From IMG/VR virus record IMGVR_UViG_3300033463_000014, positions 1-64,000 of that record: 64,000 nucleotides of DNA, one strand, 5' to 3'. Source of the DNA: a virus. Lineage: Duplodnaviria; Caudoviricetes. The notes beneath the pieces were generated by a model. It saw only the letters and a program-made list of their open reading frames with translations. It searched no databases and was not told the origin of the DNA. Shown here one piece after another: positions 8,047 to 17,700 of the stretch. The position numbers were made by a program, and so were the translations under genes. The first letter of the stretch is position 1, and the number at the start of each line of letters is the position of its first letter.

Positions 8047-9621
8047 CTAGGTGGTCTCCGTATTCTCGTCATCGCAGCACTTGTTGACGTGGCTTGACGT
8101 GGGCAGGCAAATCGGATCGGCGTCGATTTTCGTAACGGTTCCGTTGTCTATGCACACCTTTTCCGTGGTGAAACAGTATTCCCCTCCGCTTGATGTAAAT
8201 CCCGTTATGGAGAGGAAGCAGTTTTCGTCGCTTCCGCTACCTCCTCCACCGCCTGATCCGCTTGACTGGTCTCCGTGGCTACTGGACGAACTGGACTGTC
8301 CGGACGAGCTTGATGATCCTGATGAGCTTGAGGAGCTTGAAGACCCAGATGAGCTTGATGAGCTTGATGAGCTTGATGAGCCTGACGATCCTCCGGAGCT
8401 CGACGAGTCGAACGTTGATCTTGGGATGACGATGTTGATGTCGAAGTTTGTCGAACACTCGCCATCGTCGATAGGTTCCTTCGTGATCGTCATCTTCGGC
8501 TCGTCGCCGATCTCGATCTTGCCCGTCATGCTGAGGCTGTCGAGCGGGCATGGGATTTCGAGGTTGATCTCGGGCTCATAGAAATTCAGTGTGCAGTCGT
8601 CGCCATTTCCCGAGACGAAACCGAAATTCCCGAAAACGTTGAAATTAGCCCCTCCCCATCCTGCGCGGAAAGCGATGTTTTTGGCGATCGTCGCGAACGG
8701 GCAGGGGAGGCCTATGTCGAAATCCTGGGTCTCGAGGTCGATCTCGCACTCCTCCCTCCTGCGGATAGCGAGCCTTCGCGTGTCGGACTTCTTGTCCTTC
8801 CAGTCGATCTTGATCGTGAGGTCACGGTTGAGGTCCCTGATCGGGCACGGAAGCCCCAGGTCGAAGTTCTCTGCGTCGATCTCCGGCTCGCACTCCTCCG
8901 CCTTCTTTTTCAGGGAGATGGTCTTGGTGTCCGACGTCTTGTCTGTCCAGCTAAGGCTGATCGTGATGTTGTCTGACGTGTCCTTGATAGGGCAGGGAAG
9001 CCCTAGGTCGAACTCGACGTCAAGTGGCTCGATGGAGCATTCCTCGCCGTTGTTCTCGGTTTTGACGTAGACCTTCTCGTCCTCGCCCTTGTCGTCCGCC
9101 CAGTCGATCTTTATGGAGATGTTCTTGTCGCCGTTCGTCCGGACTGGGCACCTCAGGCCTATCTCGAAGTCTATGTCGTCCGGCTCGAGACCGCACCCGT
9201 CATCCTCGTTCCAGATGTAGCGCTGGATGTGCTCTGACTTCTCGTTCCATTTGAGCTTGGCCTTGAAATACTTGTCGTCGATGCGCTCGATTGGGCAAGG
9301 CAGCTCGATGTCGAACTCGTTCTCGTAGTTCCCGTCGCAGCAGTCGCCGACCGACTTGAACGTGTAGCCGACGTTGAACCGCTCGGTGTAGCCCTCGAAC
9401 TTGAATTTGTAGTCGATGCTGACGCAGGCGCACGCGGACGGGATGTCAGGGATTGGGAAAGTCCCGATGATCTCCGGAGGCACCGGCGGATGTGTCGGGT
9501 CTATCGGGTCGCAGTAGGGGAAATCGTCGAACTGGCGGATGTCGACGGATCCCCTGTCGCACCCGTCGTCCGACAGGAACGGCAGCCTTCCGCAGTTCTG
9601 GAGTTTCTGAGCGTCTGACAT
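8047..9621 (-). CDS. Cys-containing repeat protein (524 aa) with ~6 ~50-aa repeats and a poly-Ser tract; putative fibre/whisker-like virion protein
   Basis: Repeated F(D/E)(I/L)xLxCP units; SSSGGSSGSSSSSS tract; the frame stays open 25 more codons past the TAG, to TAA at 7969-7971. Confidence 0.7.
   Translation of the reverse strand: MSDAQKLQNCGRLPFLSDDGCDRGSVDIRQFDDFPYCDPIDPTHPPVPPEIIGTFPIPDIPSACACVSIDYKFKFEGYTERFNVGYTFKSVGDCCDGNYENEFDIELPCPIERIDDKYFKAKLKWNEKSEHIQRYIWNEDDGCGLEPDDIDFEIGLRCPVRTNGDKNISIKIDWADDKGEDEKVYVKTENNGEECSIEPLDVEFDLGLPCPIKDTSDNITISLSWTDKTSDTKTISLKKKAEECEPEIDAENFDLGLPCPIRDLNRDLTIKIDWKDKKSDTRRLAIRRREECEIDLETQDFDIGLPCPFATIAKNIAFRAGWGGANFNVFGNFGFVSGNGDDCTLNFYEPEINLEIPCPLDSLSMTGKIEIGDEPKMTITKEPIDDGECSTNFDINIVIPRSTFDSSSSGGSSGSSSSSSSSSSSGSSSSSSSSGSSSSSGQSSSSSSHGDQSSGSGGGGGSGSDENCFLSITGFTSSGGEYCFTTEKVCIDNGTVTKIDADPICLPTSSHVNKCCDDENTETT
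8325..8385. repeat. Imperfect 9-bp tandem repeat (GATGAGCTT)n encoding the poly-Ser tract
   Basis: gatgagcttgatgagcttgatgagcttgatgagcct visible at about 8348-8383, with degenerate copies upstream. Confidence 0.8.
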
Positions 9622-9627
9622 GTGAGT

Positions 9628-9637
9628 ATTATACCAA
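9628..9637 (-). promoter_or_regulatory. Extended -10 promoter TTGGTATAAT, 6 nt before ATG 9621 (leaderless geometry)
   Basis: TTGGTATAAT-actcac-ATG with no Shine-Dalgarno in between. Confidence 0.6.
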
Positions 9638-9646
9638 CGGTTACCG

Positions 9647-10504
9647 TCAGGAACGCGAACCGGAAACGGCGGCCCGGTAGAGGGACATGACCTCAGTTCC
9701 CGCGGTTATCTCGATGCATGGGACATCCCTTCCTGCGCACGACCCCGTCCTTACCCTGTACGTCCCTCCGGGGGAAACGACGATCCCCCGGCCTCCCTTG
9801 AGGATGATGTTGCCGCTGTTTATTGCGTTCTGCCCGCAGAAGAAGAACAGGGGGGAGCGGCAGTCCCTCGCGCCTTCCGGTCCGTAGTCGTATCCGCACG
9901 GGTCGAGCCCGTAACGCCTTCCGACCCTGACCAGCACGCTACCGTTCCGGACGGTCGGGCTGGTCCTGTAGCCGTCCTCAAGGACGACGTCGCCCGACGC
10001 GACTGCTGGCGAACCCATGCCGGGAACGCCAGAGCTTCCATTGACGGAAATTCCGGACACGCCCGATCCGTATGACAGACGGACGACCCTAGCCCTGAGG
10101 ACCGGCAGCCCGAAACTCCACGACCCCTCGCCGACAGACGACAGGATGTACGCGTGGCTTGACATTGCCAGGGAGAATGAGACCGCCCTTCCTCCGACCG
10201 TGAAACATCCCCTCTTTGCCTCGAAAGACCCTTCACCGTCTACGCCCCCGCCGGAAAGCGAGACGGAGAGCGCGACGCCGCAATACCTGAGCGTGACAAT
10301 GGTCTCTATAGCGCCGACGCTGACAGACTCAAGGAGAAGGGTGCAGTCATCCGACGGGTCGGCCGAGCCGTCGAACACAAGCGCGTCAAGAAGGACGCAG
10401 TCAATCGCGGAACCCGCCGGAACGCGCCCTCGCCACTCGTCTCTGGCCATCGGGTAGGACCTGTTCCTGTTCTCATTGAGCCACCCAATCGTTTCGGAAG
10501 TCAC
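9647..10504 (-). CDS. NEN..R.YP-family Cys-rich tail/baseplate-associated protein (285 aa)
   Basis: N-terminal GWLNENRNRSYPM; C-terminal CGQNAINSGNI; start overlaps the upstream stop. Confidence 0.65.
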   Translation of the reverse strand: MTSETIGWLNENRNRSYPMARDEWRGRVPAGSAIDCVLLDALVFDGSADPSDDCTLLLESVSVGAIETIVTLRYCGVALSVSLSGGGVDGEGSFEAKRGCFTVGGRAVSFSLAMSSHAYILSSVGEGSWSFGLPVLRARVVRLSYGSGVSGISVNGSSGVPGMGSPAVASGDVVLEDGYRTSPTVRNGSVLVRVGRRYGLDPCGYDYGPEGARDCRSPLFFFCGQNAINSGNIILKGGRGIVVSPGGTYRVRTGSCAGRDVPCIEITAGTEVMSLYRAAVSGSRS

Positions 10505-11574
10505 AGTGCGCCTCCTGACAGTCCGGGGACCTGTATGATGACGGCGTTCGACGTGACGCTGTCCATCGTCTCGCCTTCCGCAAGCTCGACGCCCATCCCG
10601 TTCACAACAACCTCAGGTTCGGTCGTCTTAGGCGAGACGACGCCATCCTCAAGCGTGATGGAGAGCGGGTTCGCGTACCCGACCTCGTTCGGGACGACGA
10701 GGTAGAACGCGTTCTCCGCCCCGTCAGCGTTCTCGGACGTCGGTGGGACGAAGACCTCCTCAAGCTGGTATGTCTCAGGGAGGGGCTCACCGGCGTCCTC
10801 GTAGGACTTGTCGCACGGGCCGTCTTCTCCTTCCCCGCACGAGCAGGTGTCGGCCGGCATAAACGACAGCTCCCTGTGAGCGGCGGCGCAGACATCCTCC
10901 CTGTCTATCCCCTCAAGCTGGAGGGCGACGGTGTTTGATCCGGGCGCCAGTTTCGAGATCCTGAACGGCGTCTGCCCGTCAACCACGCAGATGACCCTCC
11001 TGACGGACAGGTCCTCTGCCGCCGAAGGCCTCGGCAGGACGTCGAACCTGAGCGTCTTCCGCCCGTCTTCCAGAGTTCCGCTTGAGACCCTAACCTCGTC
11101 ATCTGCTCCGTTCACGAACGATACGTCTCCAGCTGCCGGACCCGCTCCTCCAACCGTGATTGACGTGACGCCGCCGACGGAAACAGGGAAGAGGCACGAT
11201 GCGGCGAACGCAGCCTGGTCAGCCGTGTACCTCATCTCGTAGCCCCTGTGGGCGAACTCGGACAGCGCATCTACGGACGACGCGCAGAGGACGCCGCACG
11301 GCCTGGACAGACCAGAGAGGTCGGTGAACTCGACCGAAGCACCGTCCGGCCTGCCGGTCATGATGACGCCAGTTCCGTCTGACACGCTGAACAGGCCGTC
11401 CTCCGACACGGAAGACAGGTAGACGGTCCCGGACGGGTTGACCGGGTATATCGCCGCGTCGATGAAAACGCCGTCCGGGATGGCCGATCCCTCGGCGGAC
11501 GGATCCCTGCCTCCGGCGAATGGGTACGCCCTCAGCGCGTTCTCGTTCTCAAACTCAAGGAAAATGCCTTCCAT
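10501..11574 (-). CDS. NEN..R.YP-family protein (357 aa)
   Basis: N-terminal EFENENALRAYPF...DAAIY; Cys cluster CSCG..PC. Confidence 0.65.
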   Translation of the reverse strand: MEGIFLEFENENALRAYPFAGGRDPSAEGSAIPDGVFIDAAIYPVNPSGTVYLSSVSEDGLFSVSDGTGVIMTGRPDGASVEFTDLSGLSRPCGVLCASSVDALSEFAHRGYEMRYTADQAAFAASCLFPVSVGGVTSITVGGAGPAAGDVSFVNGADDEVRVSSGTLEDGRKTLRFDVLPRPSAAEDLSVRRVICVVDGQTPFRISKLAPGSNTVALQLEGIDREDVCAAAHRELSFMPADTCSCGEGEDGPCDKSYEDAGEPLPETYQLEEVFVPPTSENADGAENAFYLVVPNEVGYANPLSITLEDGVVSPKTTEPEVVVNGMGVELAEGETMDSVTSNAVIIQVPGLSGGAL

Positions 11575-11594
11575 CTGACTCTCCCACCCCTACA

Positions 11595-12314
11595 TCACCT
11601 GAAAAGAAGGACGATGTTCCCGTCCGGGTCTGGTGCAACCCCGTTTATGGACCTGATCGGCGTCGCCCCGCACACGCCGTCTCCCTCAGCGAGTCCGACG
11701 CACCTGGACATCAGCTCCTCCGCCGATCCAGGGTCAAGAGACAGCGAGAACCCTCCGCCCGAAAGGGACGCGTCAACATGGCCGGAGAACGAGAACCCGA
11801 CATCACCTGAAACCGATTCTCCGCTTCTCGGGTCCGTAATGGACCTGAGGCCCGAAGGGGTCGCCGCGGCAACGCAGCAGGGAAGGATCTCGGCGTACGA
11901 GAACCTGTACGTCTCAGGAAACGTCGGGAAGTCGAACGACCCGAACGCGATGACGCCTCCGGCGTCCGCCATCCCCGGATATCCGGAAAGGGGTTTCAGG
12001 GCATACGGGAAATACGGCCTGAACGACGCGGCGGACACCGTGACGGAAAGGGCGTCGTCCGTCGGGGAGACCCCGGCGTACGCCCTGAAGCACACAGACA
12101 CCATCGCAGGAGAGACGTGTGCGCTCTCGAGCCTGACCGACGTAACGCAGTCCGTACCGTCGCGGAACGGGACGCAGAACCTCGCGTCCGCTATAAGGCT
12201 GTCCGGCAGCTCTTTTCCGTCTTCCGACACGAGCGACGCCCAGTCGGCGAATGGGAACCTCCTCATCGCGTTCTCGTTCTCGAACTGCTCCGCCATCTCC
12301 ATCCTGACAGGCAT
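11595..12314 (-). CDS. NEN..R.YP-family protein (239 aa; start reassigned to MPVRMEMA)
   Basis: GGAGGAG RBS before ATG 12314; QFENENAMRRFPF; C-terminal IRSINGVAPDPDGNI. Confidence 0.65.
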   Translation of the reverse strand: MPVRMEMAEQFENENAMRRFPFADWASLVSEDGKELPDSLIADARFCVPFRDGTDCVTSVRLESAHVSPAMVSVCFRAYAGVSPTDDALSVTVSAASFRPYFPYALKPLSGYPGMADAGGVIAFGSFDFPTFPETYRFSYAEILPCCVAAATPSGLRSITDPRSGESVSGDVGFSFSGHVDASLSGGGFSLSLDPGSAEELMSRCVGLAEGDGVCGATPIRSINGVAPDPDGNIVLLFR

Positions 12315-12342
12315 TAGTCTCCTCCGTTCAGTTAAGCGAGCC

Positions 12343-13842
12343 CTACGCGTCCACCGTCTTCCTGAGCCTGCCGAGGTAGAACGTCTGCCCGCCCGAGACA
12401 TACGACAGGTCGAACGACGCCTCACCGCTGAACCCTCCAGTCGACACGGCGTTCACCATCTCGCTCCTGGCGGACATGAACGTGACGACGAGCGTCCTTC
12501 CTGGCGGGACCGGATAGGTCATTCCTATGAGGCCTGACGCCGAGTCGTAAGATGACGTCCGCTGCGTCCCCTCGGCGGATGACCACGAGACGGACGCCTC
12601 GACGACTTTGTCCGTTCCGGATATCGAGCTTACCCTGGCGAGGACCTCGAACGCGGACGAGTTGTTGAGGACCGCCGTGAACGAGCATCTTGACATCTTT
12701 CCCCTCACGTCCGTCGTCTGGCTCGGCTGCGGGAGTTTTGGGCTGATGTTCTTTCCAACGGGGAAGGCGGCGAGCGTCAGCGTAACGTCGTCCGGGAGGG
12801 CCGGCGCCCCCAGTCGCTCCCTGAACATCGCCACCGCGCTCTCGTAAGACGCGAGAAGGTCGTCGATGCCTGGCGCGTCTCCGTCGGACCTTGCCGACTT
12901 CGCGGACCTTATCCTATCAGCTATCTCGGCGAGGCGGCCAACGACGTCCCCGTACATCGAGCAGGTGCAGCATGCCGTGCATTTGGCGTGGATGACGAGA
13001 TCCCTCGTGAGGAGCCCGTTCTCGTCATAGTACGCCGCATCCCCAGGCTCTAGATCGTAGCAGGTGTCGTTGAAGATCCTCGCGTGTCCGGTCGGGCCGG
13101 CGAGCAGACTGTTTCCGCCGGCGGTCTCTGCGCACGAGCACGGGACCCTGCCCTCTCCGGCGCCCGGATCGGCGTTCACGGCGAACCCGTTGACAGGGCT
13201 CATCCCGTCCGGATCGGAAAGGGACACGTTGTTCCCGGGCGTCACGGCGATGTCGCCCATCAGGACGAAGTGCGGGCCGTTCGCGAGGGTGTGCCCGTCT
13301 CCCTCCCTTCCGTCATAGACCATTACGGATCTGAGGGAAGACGGCTGGAGGCTGACGCATCTCGCGCAGAGGGTAAGGTAAGAGTCCCCGTCCAGCCTGG
13401 GTGAGGAGGAGGATGGAGTAGAGGCTGGAGGGGACAAAGATTGGGACATGGATGAGCACAGGGAAACGAAGTTCCGTATGCCCTCCGAGCACATGGATAT
13501 GACATACGCGCAGAACCCGGCATTCCCGAAAACGCACGGGAAGGGGTCCTGCGACGCATAGACGGTTATCCGGACGGATGACCCGCCGGCGGACAGTGCG
13601 AACGAGATGGCGTCACCTCCCGGGAGCGAGAAGGCTCCGACGGACGGCCATCCGCCTTCCGGGATTGATTCGCTGAAAAGGGTTACGTGGGCGTCCGTGA
13701 AGCACGACTGTAGCGCATTCTGTAGGCCGTCCGCGTCGGAGTCCGATACGGTTCCCCATTGCGCCCAGTCCAGGAGCTGCCCGTCGGAAAGCGGGAAGGC
13801 TGTAAGCGAGTTATGGGACAGGTATCCGTTTCCGAGGCTCAC
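12343..13842 (-). CDS. NEN..R.YP-family-related Cys-rich protein (499 aa; start reassigned to GTG 13842)
   Basis: GTGA start/stop overlap with the upstream gene; GYLSHNSLTAFPL; KCTACCTC followed by a predicted coiled coil. Confidence 0.6.
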   Translation of the reverse strand: MSLGNGYLSHNSLTAFPLSDGQLLDWAQWGTVSDSDADGLQNALQSCFTDAHVTLFSESIPEGGWPSVGAFSLPGGDAISFALSAGGSSVRITVYASQDPFPCVFGNAGFCAYVISMCSEGIRNFVSLCSSMSQSLSPPASTPSSSSPRLDGDSYLTLCARCVSLQPSSLRSVMVYDGREGDGHTLANGPHFVLMGDIAVTPGNNVSLSDPDGMSPVNGFAVNADPGAGEGRVPCSCAETAGGNSLLAGPTGHARIFNDTCYDLEPGDAAYYDENGLLTRDLVIHAKCTACCTCSMYGDVVGRLAEIADRIRSAKSARSDGDAPGIDDLLASYESAVAMFRERLGAPALPDDVTLTLAAFPVGKNISPKLPQPSQTTDVRGKMSRCSFTAVLNNSSAFEVLARVSSISGTDKVVEASVSWSSAEGTQRTSSYDSASGLIGMTYPVPPGRTLVVTFMSARSEMVNAVSTGGFSGEASFDLSYVSGGQTFYLGRLRKTVDA

Positions 13843-14774
13843 AGGATGGCCTTTCTGGACAGGACGTAGCTTGTGATGAACTCCGTGAGCCTCTCCCCTA
13901 GGGCCGCGACGTTGCCCGTGAGCGTGTTCACCGATGTCTGGAGGTCGTTGACCGTCTGGTTTATGAACTCGGTCTCTGCGCAGCCACAGCACGGCTTCGC
14001 GCAGGTGTCTCCGATGCTGATGATGCCGCCGCTCGTCGAGACGGACACGCACCCACCGTCCGCGCCCGTGATTTTGACGTTCTCGACCGCGATGCCGTTG
14101 ATTGACCTGACGTAGTTCTGGCCAGTGTCCCCGCAGTCGCAGGACTCGGAGTATCCGGAGTCGGGGTCCGCGCTGACTTTGAGCGAGTTGGACGCAGGGT
14201 CGTAGTCGAACCTGATGTTGTCGCCGGCAACCAGGCTCACGTCCCCTGTGAGCCCAAGTGACGTGTATCCGGAGGAGTCGACCGCCCTCAGCGTGCTCAC
14301 GCCCAGAGCCGACGGCCTGACGCACGTCGGCTCAACCATCGTCTCCTCCGGGCGGAACTCGTACAGCCCGTCGGGCGTGGACTCAAGGAACTGGTCGAGG
14401 TCGCCTATGCAGATGACGCCGCGGGCGGAGGAGAACGACCCTGTCCCGGTCATCTGGTAGGACATGTTCTTCTCGTGCGTATCAGACGAGACATGGATAG
14501 ACATCGCCATCTCGCCGGACCTCGCGCGGAAGACGAGCGTCACGCCGCCGCCGAGAACGGACATCTGCCCGAGGTAGAGGAACGGGTCGAAGTCGGATCC
14601 TGCCACGGAGACGGACATGTCCACGACGAGGCAGTCCGGAACGGACCACCCGTTCTCGACGAGCGCGCCGGCGGAGTCGTTCGGACGCAGGCCGCAGCCC
14701 TCATGGAAGGGGTACTCCCTGAGGGCGTTCTCGTTGAGCCATCCGGCGGCTATCGGGTTCGATGTGACGGCCAT
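13839..14774 (-). CDS. NEN..R.YP-family protein (311 aa)
   Basis: GWLNENALREYPF; CDCG..VRSINGI; CAKPCCGC followed by a heptad coiled coil. Confidence 0.7.
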   Translation of the reverse strand: MAVTSNPIAAGWLNENALREYPFHEGCGLRPNDSAGALVENGWSVPDCLVVDMSVSVAGSDFDPFLYLGQMSVLGGGVTLVFRARSGEMAMSIHVSSDTHEKNMSYQMTGTGSFSSARGVICIGDLDQFLESTPDGLYEFRPEETMVEPTCVRPSALGVSTLRAVDSSGYTSLGLTGDVSLVAGDNIRFDYDPASNSLKVSADPDSGYSESCDCGDTGQNYVRSINGIAVENVKITGADGGCVSVSTSGGIISIGDTCAKPCCGCAETEFINQTVNDLQTSVNTLTGNVAALGERLTEFITSYVLSRKAIL

Positions 14775-14795
14775 ACTTCCTTAGACCTCCCTGCG

Positions 14796-17700
14796 CTACT
14801 TGACCACGTTCGCGCCGAGCTCCCCGGAAACGGACCTCACCGCGCTCCTGATACCGTCCGCGGTGTTCGTCATGACGTCCACGCCTTCCAGAGCGTCCTT
14901 GTCGACCTTGCCGTCGATCTCCTCCTTCATGCCGCGGATCTCGCTTGCGATGGCGCTGATGTCGCGCGAGGATCCGGCAGTCTCGGTGGAGACGAGCGAC
15001 CAGGAGATGTTGATGAATCCGAGCGGACCGGTGTAGGCGTCATAGCCGCTCGGGGTGACGGCCCTCGATATCCTGATGCCGACGAGGTTGCCAGGCCTGA
15101 GCTCCGCGACTACCCCCTCCTGACCGTAGAAGTCCGACGCGGCCGGGATCGGGCTTCCGAAGGCGTTCGAGACGACGTCGTCGCTGTCGTCCGAAAGACC
15201 GTCGTCTGTCTTGACCATGATGGGGTCGAAGCCGTTGTAGACCGTTCCTTCCGATGTCTCGTGGCCGAACGGGATGATGACCGTGCGCTCGCTGTCGGGC
15301 TTGAGAAGCCTGGTCTTCAGGTTCATGTACTCCATGCCGGTCCCGACCCTGTAGTCCGGCAGGATGTTGTACGTGAACCTGACGCAGGCGTAGCGCTTTG
15401 CCCCGGTTGCCGACACGCTGAAGCCGTTCTCGCCGAAGACGGAGGCCTGCAGCTTGAGCTCGTACCTCCCGTCGGGCAGGCTGGCCGGTACGCGCATCAT
15501 GGCCGTGAACGCCGACGGTGACGTCATCGCCGTCGCGTACCCCTTCAGGCGGACATACGGGAACATCCCGATCTTGGCCTGCTCGGCGTTCTCGAGGACG
15601 ATCTCCGAGAACTGGCTCTGGTACGCTCCGTTGTCGAGCGACAGGACGACCGTCCCCTGCCCCGACGGGCATCCTGCGCTGGAAATGACGGAGACGCCAG
15701 GGCCTCCGACGATGCGCTCGACTACGGGGCCGGCCATGAGAACGCCGTTCCTCGCGCGTTTTGGGACCATGTATCCGGGAAGGCCGGCGCCGGCGATCTT
15801 GAAGTCGAACGACCCCTCGATCTCAAGGTCGCCCGTGTTCGCCTCCGTGTCCGTCCCGTATCCGACGATTCTGAAGGGGGAGCCCTCCCTGACCTGTATC
15901 GACGTGACCGGACCTGTCGAGCACTGGAACCCTCTGACCCAGCGCAAGACCTCTGTCTTGTCTTCCGACGGGTCGATCAGGCTACCCCTGCTTGAGAACG
16001 CCTCCGGCCACGGACGCTTGCCCTCCGCGTCCGAGAACCAGTGGATCGTGTCCCTTCCGAACGAGACGGTCGGGCTGGACGGGAAGAGCGCCTTGCTGTC
16101 CATCTCTACGCCGTTCACGACGAGCGCGGCCGCCTTAACCGGCACCGGGGGCCAATGGGATGCGATGGCCTGGTCGAACCCGATCGCGTAGTCGTAGACT
16201 GCCCCGGGCTCGAAATCGGTGATGGAGCAGGAGAGGATGTCTCCTGGGCTGATCGTCGCAGAGCTACCTGCGATGTCCTGGAACACCATGACGGATAGCC
16301 CGTTCCCGATATCCTTCCATACATACGATGAGACGTCCGTGACGACCGCCTCGTCTCCGAGAACGCGGCTGTTGCCGTCATAGACGACCATCCGCATGCC
16401 CGTTCCGCCGACCACTCCGTATCCGGACGACATCGAGTCGCTTCTTACGTATGACGAGACGATGTCGCCCGAGCCCTCCGGGATCGTCTCAGCCCCCATG
16501 GCCACGAGGCTGGCCTCCGTCCCGCTTTCGTTGGACAGGACGGCGAACGTCCCGCCGCCGGTCCCGTTCAGGGCCCCGGCGAGATAAAGGGCGGAGTCGG
16601 CGAGCGTCGACCCCAGCAGAACCTGGCTTCCCGCGTTCGGGTCCGGGTCCGCGCTGAACGTGTACGTCACGCCGCGGTAGGTGAAAGTAGAACCCTCCGC
16701 GATGACGCCGAGCCCAAGGACCTGCACGGTTGACGGGAACGCGACGTTCACCGTCGCGGGGGACGCGTCGATCCTTCCCATGACGGCGACGTGCGGCTCC
16801 GGTGTCGATCCCTGGCCGCCGCCCGAAGGTAGGGAAGCGACCGACAGAGGACTGTGGTCTATCCATCCCCTGCCGGCCTCAGGGAAGGTGAGCGCGGGCC
16901 ATGTCCGCTGGCTCTCCGTGAGGTCCCGGAAGGCAAAGCCGCTGTTCGACTCCGGGAAATGCACCCTGGCGGTCATTCCGTTGGAGATAGGGACCTCGAT
17001 TCCCGGGCCTGGGATCTGGACGCTTCCCTCGACCGGCGATCCGCCCGTCGGGGTCTCGGTCCAGTACAGCGTGACTCCGTTCGGCCAACCGCCGTCTGAC
17101 GATCCGCTCGACGGCGAGACGAGCCAGAAGGAGTATGTGACGTCCGTTTCGGCCGTCCATGTCCCTCCGAACGTGAGCGTCGGAGCGGATGACGGATCCT
17201 CCACATCGTATGAGACGGGAAGATACCCAGCGGTCGAAAGAGTGCCGGCTGGCCTTGCGGTGAGGACGGCGCACCGGTGTATGTGGGACATGCCGATGTC
17301 GAGGAACTGGGGCGTGACCATGGCCGACCCGGAGGAGAACACGCCGCTTCCGGAGACTTCGCCAGTGATCGAGCAGACGTAGATGAGCGGGCCGTTCGGG
17401 CTCGCGGTAAGCTTTCCGGCCTCGTTGGACGAGAGGTAGTACCGCCCATTCCTGAACGTCTCGCCCTCCTGGATCATGTCGGATACGGCGATCGGGATTC
17501 CCGCGGAGAGGCCCATCTTGCCGTAGACGAGGACGTCGCCGTTGGAGGAGTACGCGTCGCGCCGGACGAGGATGCCGATCGAGAACGCGGAGTCGGCGGC
17601 CTTGAAGTCGTCGTACAGGCTCATGGTCGCCCTCGCCTTCGAGAACGTTCCGTTCTCGGAGTCGATGTAGACGACGCTGCCGACCCTCAGATCGTCCGAC

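Noticed and set aside
7690-8400. Short repeats as a possible CRISPR array or regulatory iterons
   Set aside because: Units are 9-30 bp, in frame and encode Ser/Pro-rich peptide; there is no repeat-spacer structure
12343-14325. Over-extended starts in the ORF track (660 aa here; also 11595..12425, 22650..23282, 29731..30942, 43510..44160, 53660..54130)
   Set aside because: The N-terminal extensions overlap upstream genes out of frame; starts were reassigned using RBS and stop/start coupling
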